This document shows, piece by piece, positions 1 through 6,818 of a stretch of DNA of 11,775 nucleotides. Made by a program: the position numbers and the translations under genes. The notes under the pieces are model-generated. The model ran no database searches, had not been told where the DNA came from, and worked only from the letters and a program-made list of their open reading frames with translations. Where the stretch lies: the NCBI GenBank assembly GCA_046861645.1, contig JBHHUM010000066.1, positions 1-11,775 of the forward strand. Direction: 5' to 3'. Positions within the stretch are counted from its first letter, which is position 1, and every line of letters starts with the position of its first letter. The stretch comes from Fidelibacterota bacterium. GTDB lineage: Bacteria; Fidelibacterota; Marinisomatia; Marinisomatales; UBA2128.

Positions 1-836
1 AAACGAATCCATGGTTTAACGGCTTGGATTGAATCGTGGAGAACGTGCACAAATTCAGTAACACCCCAACGCCACCAATCTTCCCAGGAGGGGAATTGTC
101 CTCCACCAGCACTGTCGGGAATACCGCCATTATAAGGATGCTCAATGTCGTATAAATATCTCCCCTCGGGATTTTCGCTTAATTCTTCGATTTGTTCCTG
201 GGTTATCATTCCATCAAGTGCGCGCGTTTCCCGTACCCATTTTGCATAATCAGACGATCGGGTAGAGTTAGTGTATTCATTCCAGCGGATGTAGTCAAGG
301 TGCAATCCATCGATGTCATAATTACGGATAATTTCCATAGCCACACTGACTAAATATTCTCTTACTGAGTCAAGCCCTGGTGAAAGTGCAATGTTTTCTG
401 TCATAGGATTTCCACTTCTATCTCGACAAATCCATTCAGGATGTTCTGCAGCAGGAGCGCCTTCATGCAAACTGGCACTGGCAAAGACATTAAACCAGGC
501 ATGAAGTTCAAGACCGCGGGCATGTGCTTGTTCAATAGCATAAGCCAATGGATCGTAACCCGGATCCTCATAACCAGCATAATATCCCCACGGCTCATAT
601 GAAGAATTGTAATATGCCGTTCCACTTTGACGAGCTTGGAAGAGTACAGCGTTCATATTTGCGGAACTGTGATCATCCAGAATAGCTCGTACCCTTGCCA
701 TATTTTCCTCGGGAGTATCATCTGGGTTGATGTGCTCCCAAGTGATCACCCAAGTAGAGCGGAATTCTTCGTTGCTGCTGGCAAGCAGGCTTAGATTAAA
801 AAAAAGTAATTGAATGATAATCGTTATTCGTAACAT
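1..836 (-). CDS. Family 10-like glycoside hydrolase (GHL10/DUF187, YddW/DigH-like) with signal peptide; 3'-truncated by the window edge
   Basis: Translated by hand because it is not in the ORF track. ATG at 834-836, with AGGAG 5 nt upstream, and the frame is open to position 1. Sequence: MLRITIIIQLLFFNLSLLASSNEEFRSTWVITW...MNAVLFQARQSG...SSYEPW...GYDPLAYAIEQAHARGLELHAWFN...HPEW...LSPGLDSVREYLVSVAMEIIRNYDIDGLHLDYIRW...WEDWWRWGVTEFV. These are characteristic GHL10 motifs. Confidence 0.9.
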   Translation of the reverse strand, partial: MLRITIIIQLLFFNLSLLASSNEEFRSTWVITWEHINPDDTPEENMARVRAILDDHSSANMNAVLFQARQSGTAYYNSSYEPWGYYAGYEDPGYDPLAYAIEQAHARGLELHAWFNVFASASLHEGAPAAEHPEWICRDRSGNPMTENIALSPGLDSVREYLVSVAMEIIRNYDIDGLHLDYIRWNEYTNSTRSSDYAKWVRETRALDGMITQEQIEELSENPEGRYLYDIEHPYNGGIPDSAGGGQFPSWEDWWRWGVTEFVHVLHDSIQAVKPWIR

Positions 837-907
837 TAATTCTCCTCTATTTGTTGTCATAACTATTTTGGGAATTAAAGTTAGTTTAGGATTTGATGTT
901 TACTAAT

Positions 908-950
908 CATTTCTCACAAAATAGACTTCTTTGATTTTGTGCTGGAAATG
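908..950. repeat. Imperfect inverted repeat / potential hairpin in the intergenic region
   Basis: cacaaaat (915-922) pairs with attttgtg (934-941) around an 11-nt loop. The outer catttc (908-913) pairs with gaaatg (945-950). Function is not known. Confidence 0.45.
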
Positions 951-976
951 TCTCTTATAATAATCATATTTTCAGT

Positions 977-994
977 TTAAAACACCTGTTTTAA
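977..994. promoter_or_regulatory. 18-bp palindrome, candidate transcription-factor operator upstream of the GHL10 gene
   Basis: ttaaaaca-cc-tgttttaa has perfect 8-bp arms and a 2-nt centre, in an AT-rich 197-bp intergenic gap. Confidence 0.4.
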
Positions 995-1033
995 GCAATT
1001 TGTAGGTAGTATGAAAAGGTAATAAGAATCTTT

Positions 1034-2896
1034 TCAATGGTCGTCTTCGACCAGCATCATCACTCGACCATCCATATCGGTGATTACTACTCGATTACTA
1101 TCTATTGGTGCTACAGTGTTCACTAATGCCACACCTGTTCGATGTATCCATTTCACGATACCTGTATCCGCATCAACGGCAATAACTAAACCATTTTTAG
1201 TTCCGAAAAATATGACGCCATCCTTTTCCATTGGCATGGAAGGATCAATATCATAACTGTATTTACAGGATGTAGACCAGAGAAGTTGAGGTGTTGTTGA
1301 GGATGATGAAAAGGCAAGGAGGGTATCCATAATACAACGGGAATAGATGGAACTTCCATCCTCTGAAATGCCTATAGTTTCCCGAACACTATGACGATTT
1401 GTTCGCCAGATAGTTTTTCCCGTTTCAATATCAATGGCGGTCATATAGCGATCAGGTGCAACGATAAAGACTTTATTACTCGAACCGACAGGCCAACAGG
1501 CAGCAGGAGAATATAACAAAGCTGGATGGTCATTAGACCACTTCCATGCAAGAGTCCCATCTAGGGTATTCAACGCATATAAAAATGTGTCCCATGCACC
1601 AAAAATAACCTTTTCCTTATAGATAAGAGGTTTGGTTTCTACAAAATCTCCAACGTCGCGAAATTCCCAAATTAACTGTCCTTTTTCAAGATCTATAGCT
1701 CTAAAATTACCGTCGCTCCCTCCAATGTAAACTACTCCCTTTACAATCGTTGGTGCAGCAACTACAGGTAATTCAGTTGGCATTTGCCATAATAGATTGC
1801 CATTTTTTACATCTAAACAATAAATGTTCCTATCCGACGAACCAAATACCACCTTTCCATCAGATATATCAGGTGTAGAGTAAACACTCTCTCCCGTAGC
1901 AAAACGCCAAAGTTCTTTTCCTTCAGATAATGATATCCCATAAACCACTCCACCACGGTTACCAATCACAACATACCCTTCCCCCACTGTAGGTGCAGAT
2001 GCAATAGTATAATCCGTTTCAAATGTCCATTTGACTGTTATATTAGGATATTCCTGATTTATGGAGAAATCCGGTCGTTCATAAGGTGTTGCCTCTGAAA
2101 GATAATCCTTTTGATCGAGAGAAAGGGAATGCCATGCAGATTTTGTTCTGATTCCTGTCAACCGTTCATAAAAAAACATGCTATCGTTTTGGATTTCCAC
2201 AAGTGTATAACCACCTGCTATGTCCTCCTGTCGGAGTAAAGACCTTCCCATCACACCGTGGATTCCCTCAAAATTCAAGGCTCTGTTTCTATGACCATGT
2301 CCCACCAGCACAACTTGAGTGTTATGTTGTTTTGCTCTATCCACAAGTTCATACCAGTTGTCAATAGACGAATCCAATGGGTAGTGAGTCACAAAGATCA
2401 ATGGTTGCTTTATATTCTGTATGGATGTTAGTAAAGAGTCAAGCCAGCGCAGATCTTCCGGAGTAAAATGTCCGTCTCCCATACGCATCAATGGACCTTG
2501 ATGTATCCCGATGAAGCGGTAATCCCCATATTCAAATTCAAACTTGTCGTTCCCCCATAATTGGGAAAATTTAGTAAATCCTGATGCAGACCATTTGGTA
2601 TCGTGATTCCCAGGGATTATGTAGTATGGTTTTATTAGACTATCGAGAATTCCCTTCGCTAATTCAAGCTCGCTATTTTTACCCATCTCAGTAACGTCAC
2701 CAGAAATAAGTATAAAACCAACACTTGACAAACCGTTAATGTCATGCACCGCTTGACTCAAATCCTTTGCACCTGTTGGACTCCCCACATGAATATCGCT
2801 CAGCCAGCAAAAACGGAGCGGTTGGTTTTGGGCAAGTAAAAATGACCAAGGAAAAAAGAAGATTAAGGAAACAAGTAAATGAAATAGAGATTTCAT
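1034..2896 (-). CDS. Exported calcineurin-like metallophosphoesterase fused to a PQQ/BamB-type beta-propeller
   Basis: 620 aa. Signal peptide ending LLA|Q. All five metallophosphoesterase motifs are present: SDIH, SGDVTE, PGNHD, THYP, GHGH. The C-terminal half has repeated A/CLDxxxGxxxW blades. AGGA RBS upstream. Confidence 0.9.
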   Translation of the reverse strand: MKSLFHLLVSLIFFFPWSFLLAQNQPLRFCWLSDIHVGSPTGAKDLSQAVHDINGLSSVGFILISGDVTEMGKNSELELAKGILDSLIKPYYIIPGNHDTKWSASGFTKFSQLWGNDKFEFEYGDYRFIGIHQGPLMRMGDGHFTPEDLRWLDSLLTSIQNIKQPLIFVTHYPLDSSIDNWYELVDRAKQHNTQVVLVGHGHRNRALNFEGIHGVMGRSLLRQEDIAGGYTLVEIQNDSMFFYERLTGIRTKSAWHSLSLDQKDYLSEATPYERPDFSINQEYPNITVKWTFETDYTIASAPTVGEGYVVIGNRGGVVYGISLSEGKELWRFATGESVYSTPDISDGKVVFGSSDRNIYCLDVKNGNLLWQMPTELPVVAAPTIVKGVVYIGGSDGNFRAIDLEKGQLIWEFRDVGDFVETKPLIYKEKVIFGAWDTFLYALNTLDGTLAWKWSNDHPALLYSPAACWPVGSSNKVFIVAPDRYMTAIDIETGKTIWRTNRHSVRETIGISEDGSSIYSRCIMDTLLAFSSSSTTPQLLWSTSCKYSYDIDPSMPMEKDGVIFFGTKNGLVIAVDADTGIVKWIHRTGVALVNTVAPIDSNRVVITDMDGRVMMLVEDDH

Positions 2897-2927
2897 GGCT
2901 TTTTCCTATTCTGCAGAAAACTATCTG

Positions 2928-5468
2928 CTATTTTAACAAAAGCATCTTCCTGCTTTGAGTGAATATGTTTCCATGTTGTAGAGGCTCGGCATACAGACGA
3001 TACAGGTACATCCCCGAAACCATAGGATGACCAAAGTCATCTCTCCCGTTCCAAATTACAAGTTTCTGGCCTGATGATTGAGTTTCGTTTACCAGAGTTA
3101 CTACTTCCCGTCCAATAAGATCGTATACCACAAGGTTCACTTTACTCTCTTGGGGTAAATCATATCGAATGGTTGTATTTGGGTTGAAGGGATTGGGATA
3201 ATTAGGGTAGAGGGTGAACTCACCAGGTATATATTGTGATTCTTCTGTAATATTTGTTGTCACAATTTCTGCTAAGTGAAGATCATCGAAATAGAGAGTA
3301 CCAAAGGGTGGATTACCGGGGAAGTAGGTTAGTTGAATACTGTCGATTCTTAGAGTGCCGTCGAGGTTTCCATCTCCGATCCAAGTACCAGTACCATCAC
3401 TCATCATATCCCAGGAGATCAACTTCCAGCCTATCCAGTCAATCGTATACCAGGGGCTTACCTCGTGATTTGCTGCATCCGCATTGGGAACTTTGTCATC
3501 CACACAAAACCTGAACTGATTTCCGCTACCGTCGCCGAAAATATAAATCTGTAGTTTATTATCACTGTCAAACCATACTTCTCTTGGTGTACCACCAGAT
3601 AAATAGACTCTTATCAGCCAATTATCAACATTAGTATCCCAACCATAATCTACTTGAAGGGATTGGGTGCTTCCAGTCAGTAGATTCACGATGTTGCTGT
3701 TGACACTTCTTCCAGTACTATCGGTAATAATTCCCGTAGTACTACCACTCATTTGTGGAGCCCACCAGTTAGAAATTACTCCAGACTCATAATCATCAAT
3801 GGTAGTTATTTCGAAGGTGTTTTCAGTTGTCACGAAAGGGAATGCCTTCCACTGGAAATTCTCATTTCCAAAGAGATCGCGGAGACCAGGGGATATTCTG
3901 GAAACATAAATTTCATCAGCAAATAAAAGATCTGATGGGAAATAACAAAGGACGCTTTGATCATTCATGACATAATGCTCGAGAATCCCCTGCACTTCTG
4001 TGTAATCACTATATCTCTCTAATTTAAAAAGCGTATCAGAAATAGATGTGGGATCCAATTCTTCATCGTAGATCATATTGACAATGGGATTTCTTTCTAC
4101 ATCTTGGGAATTAATAGGAGGATAGATCGACAGTAATTCTGGAGGGGACATATCTGGAGGACCGGTTCGAAAACTTAAGATGAAGTCATCCCCTCCTATA
4201 CCATCTCCGTTTCCATCTAAAAAGTGACCATATTGATCTTGAGCATCGCCAGTAATAGTCAATACATAGTTTGTCTCGAATTGCAAGGTGTCAGCATTAA
4301 ATATCAATTTCTTACTATCATCTGACCAGGCAAGAACGCCACCCATTTCTGGTTCTGTTACTAAAGTGGTTTCTACGGAAACTTCAGCCATAGGGCGACT
4401 GAACTCTATCATTATAGGGTCCCAAGCTGGAGTGTTTGTATCTCCTTCAGCAGGTAAAGTGTTGACTATTGTAGGGGGAGTATTGGATAGCAATTGAACA
4501 TCTTTAAAAGTAAAGAAAGTGTCCAGGATTGCTACTTGCAGAGTTTCTGGGTAATAGTTAGCAGCCTCGATTGTCATTTGGAGTGTATCATTGGAGAGGC
4601 CGTCAAAATAGTAAAATCCATTATGGAGGAGGTCTGGATCACTCGTGTAATTATGAAATAATGATTCAAAACTATCAGTAGAATAAGTTTTTTCTTGTAG
4701 AGAAACAACGGCACCATTAATAGGAATATTGGATTCCACATCAGAGATAATCCCGGTACAGGTTCCCACAAAGGGACGTTCGATATTATGATATTTCAGT
4801 AATGACCAGTAGAAAGTCATAGCCTCGAGTTTTTTCCATTCCGAATTCATGTTGAGTTGATTTTGAGTAGGATTAGTATGAAAACCAGCTTCACTCAGTT
4901 CTGACGGCATATTGGTCATTCTATTGACCCAAAGATAAGGACCACCAGTTTGTTGGCACCAGTCACTCCAGGTATAATAACTACAATCTCCCCAGGAACC
5001 ACGAGTAGTGGTTCTCATTCCCCGGGTTAGTATGTCTGTTATGATATCACTCATAGCCTCACCGCCCACAGGCGGATCGGGAGTACCATTATATAGTTCT
5101 CCCCATAAAAGTAAAGTACTGTTGTAATTTGGTGGACCAGCATCACTATGAATGGAATGAAACCAGGCAGTTCCAATCGAATTGGCATAGTCTGTGCGTT
5201 GACTTAAGGTGACATATTCTTCATCATTCGTACGAGTAATGTAAACTGTATCGATGTCAGTTTCTTCCAGCAAAAAGTCAAGAAGGAATAACCCCACTCT
5301 GAGATTTTTCTCTGCTTCAGAATAACCATAGATTCCCATATTCTCTGTTTGACTATGTCCTGGATCTAAACAGATATTCCACCCTTCTAAACCGACGACC
5401 TGAGCTAAACAATGTGATAAGAGTAATGTGAAGCATATAGGATAGTAAATAAGGAACTTCAATTTCAT
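2928..5468 (-). CDS. Secreted N-acetylmuramoyl-L-alanine amidase (Amidase_3) with a carboxypeptidase-regulatory-like domain, two Ig-like (Big_5-type) domains, a putative carbohydrate-binding beta-sandwich and a C-terminal T9SS-type A/FlgD-Ig sorting domain
   Basis: Signal peptide CLA|Q. Zn-amidase motifs LDPGH, SEAEKNL, TRxxD..LSQR..AN, SIHSDA, LSEAGFHTN. Ig repeats begin TPPTIVNTLP and SPPELLSIYP. The C-terminus reads LYPNYPNPFNPNTTIRYDLP...GMYLYRL...RKMLLLK. ATG at 5468 is preferred (AGGGA 7 nt upstream); GTG at 5471 is the alternative start. Confidence 0.9.
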   Translation of the reverse strand: MKLKFLIYYPICFTLLLSHCLAQVVGLEGWNICLDPGHSQTENMGIYGYSEAEKNLRVGLFLLDFLLEETDIDTVYITRTNDEEYVTLSQRTDYANSIGTAWFHSIHSDAGPPNYNSTLLLWGELYNGTPDPPVGGEAMSDIITDILTRGMRTTTRGSWGDCSYYTWSDWCQQTGGPYLWVNRMTNMPSELSEAGFHTNPTQNQLNMNSEWKKLEAMTFYWSLLKYHNIERPFVGTCTGIISDVESNIPINGAVVSLQEKTYSTDSFESLFHNYTSDPDLLHNGFYYFDGLSNDTLQMTIEAANYYPETLQVAILDTFFTFKDVQLLSNTPPTIVNTLPAEGDTNTPAWDPIMIEFSRPMAEVSVETTLVTEPEMGGVLAWSDDSKKLIFNADTLQFETNYVLTITGDAQDQYGHFLDGNGDGIGGDDFILSFRTGPPDMSPPELLSIYPPINSQDVERNPIVNMIYDEELDPTSISDTLFKLERYSDYTEVQGILEHYVMNDQSVLCYFPSDLLFADEIYVSRISPGLRDLFGNENFQWKAFPFVTTENTFEITTIDDYESGVISNWWAPQMSGSTTGIITDSTGRSVNSNIVNLLTGSTQSLQVDYGWDTNVDNWLIRVYLSGGTPREVWFDSDNKLQIYIFGDGSGNQFRFCVDDKVPNADAANHEVSPWYTIDWIGWKLISWDMMSDGTGTWIGDGNLDGTLRIDSIQLTYFPGNPPFGTLYFDDLHLAEIVTTNITEESQYIPGEFTLYPNYPNPFNPNTTIRYDLPQESKVNLVVYDLIGREVVTLVNETQSSGQKLVIWNGRDDFGHPMVSGMYLYRLYAEPLQHGNIFTQSRKMLLLK

Positions 5469-5483
5469 CACATTTTCCCTGGT

Positions 5484-6431
5484 TTAACGTACCTCTTGTA
5501 CGAAAATCTGTCCGTTGTATGAGTCAAAGGCTATCCATTTTCCATCAGATGACCAGTTGGGATGCATGGCAATGGTCTCAGAGTTGTTGGTGATGTTTAC
5601 TTTACCACTACCATCAATATTAATTACAAAGATGTCTGAGGAGAGGTAATTATGACCATCATCGGTAGTAATCATGTAAGTGATCTTATCGCTTTCTGGG
5701 TTCCATGAAGGGGCATGTCCTACTCCCAAGTCAACAAGGTTATCTCCTTTTATGGAGGATACCCATAGATGTCCTCCCATAACCTCGTAGGCTATCATGG
5801 TATTATCAGGAGAAATGACAAGATTTATTATTCTTCCTGGTGGAGAGTTAATGTATGAATCTATTTTAGAGGTGACCTTTCTACCCACAATCCGACTTTT
5901 CATAATAAACACGAGTTTTTCCTTACCGAAGTCATTTAGTTTGTCTACTCTTTCTCCCGTTGTACTGAAAATCCTGAAATCATCGGTGTTACTCAAGTAA
6001 ATGAATCGATCATCCTTCGTCCACTTAGGTATACCATAAAGATCAGGACTAAAGTCACTGATCAGTTGCATATTTCCAGAGTTTACATCATAAAAGACAA
6101 TGGCATTGAGTCGACGAATATTTTCAAACCGAGAGATTCGAGTAGCTATTTTATTTCCTTTGTTAGACCACTCTAAACCGAATCCTGCAGTAGGGTCATT
6201 AGTAAGATTAATGAGATCTCCACTGGGAAAATCTATCAGATAAATACCAGTATATTTGTTCCCGGTTGCGGCAATTATTGTACCATCAGGGGACCACTTA
6301 GGGGCAATGAGGAAATATTCAGTGCTGGTTAATGCACGAGGTGTGCCAACTGGTGTAATAGCAGGAGATTGCCCAATTGAAAATGAGATTAGAGTACAAA
6401 TTGTTGTGATTGTAAGAATTAATCGTCGCAT
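5484..6431 (-). CDS. Exported TolB-like (PD40/WD40-like repeat) beta-propeller protein
   Basis: 315 aa. Signal peptide followed by repeated PxWSPDG-type blades: PKWSPDG, EWSNKG, PKWTKDD, ISPDN, PSWNPES, PNWSSDG. It lacks the TolB N-terminal domain and tol-pal context, so it is not called tolB. Confidence 0.85.
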   Translation of the reverse strand: MRRLILTITTICTLISFSIGQSPAITPVGTPRALTSTEYFLIAPKWSPDGTIIAATGNKYTGIYLIDFPSGDLINLTNDPTAGFGLEWSNKGNKIATRISRFENIRRLNAIVFYDVNSGNMQLISDFSPDLYGIPKWTKDDRFIYLSNTDDFRIFSTTGERVDKLNDFGKEKLVFIMKSRIVGRKVTSKIDSYINSPPGRIINLVISPDNTMIAYEVMGGHLWVSSIKGDNLVDLGVGHAPSWNPESDKITYMITTDDGHNYLSSDIFVINIDGSGKVNITNNSETIAMHPNWSSDGKWIAFDSYNGQIFVQEVR

Positions 6432-6765
6432 TCTTTCTGATGTAGTCCCTTAATTCGTCTTTCCCTCATTTTCAATAAACAAAGTATAGGTTCAGATATT
6501 CGCTTATCGTGTTTTCTAAGGAATACTGACATATTTCTCTTGAAATTAAGGGAAACTTTTCTCCTTTTCAATGATTGTGATAAAGCATAATTCTCATCCT
6601 GAAATGGGAATTTACTTCCACATAAGATTCGCTACAAATGGTTCAATATTGTAGATAGTTTTCCGGGCTTTTTCTCTATTGTGAGTATCCAAGTGGTTTA
6701 ATAATACATTAGATTCTCTATAACTGGAAGGTAAATTCTCAGACAGACTATTTTCCAATTCGTCA

Positions 6766-6811
6766 TTGCGGTAAGGGGCGAGTGTACCTTAGATTTCGTA
6801 TCACCAAAGGT
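6766..6811 (+). promoter_or_regulatory. Candidate sigma70-type promoter and RBS for nagB
   Basis: TTGCGG (6766-6771), 18-nt spacer, TAGATT (6790-6795), then AAAGGT (6806-6811) 7 nt before the ATG at 6819. It lies in the 387-bp divergent intergenic region. The consensus match is only moderate. Confidence 0.3.
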
Positions 6812-6818
6812 ATGGGTT

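Noticed and set aside
401..625. 74-aa minus-strand ORF in the track
   Set aside because: It is an alternative frame inside the GHL10 gene, whose frame carries the conserved motifs.
798..805. A8 run (T8 on the coding strand) in the GHL10 signal-peptide region as a phase-variation site
   Set aside because: It is short and in frame (CTT TTT TTT, Leu-Phe-Phe), which is expected in an AT-rich hydrophobic signal sequence.
2767..6453. Short ORFs 2767-2958, 3254-3514, 4288-4497, 4574-4771, 5797-6000 and 6256-6453
   Set aside because: They are antisense or off-frame shadows of well-supported long genes, with no recognisable motifs.
6419..6532. 37-aa minus-strand ORF (MSVFLRKHDKR...) overlapping the propeller gene start, as a leader peptide
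   Set aside because: It has no convincing RBS, no motif and no attenuator structure, so it is likely chance.
6661..6818. glmS ribozyme or other riboswitch upstream of nagB; tacctt/aaggta pairing (6785-6812) occluding the RBS
   Set aside because: No recognisable conserved core was found. The 6-bp pairing is weak and its left arm would lie upstream of the likely transcription start.
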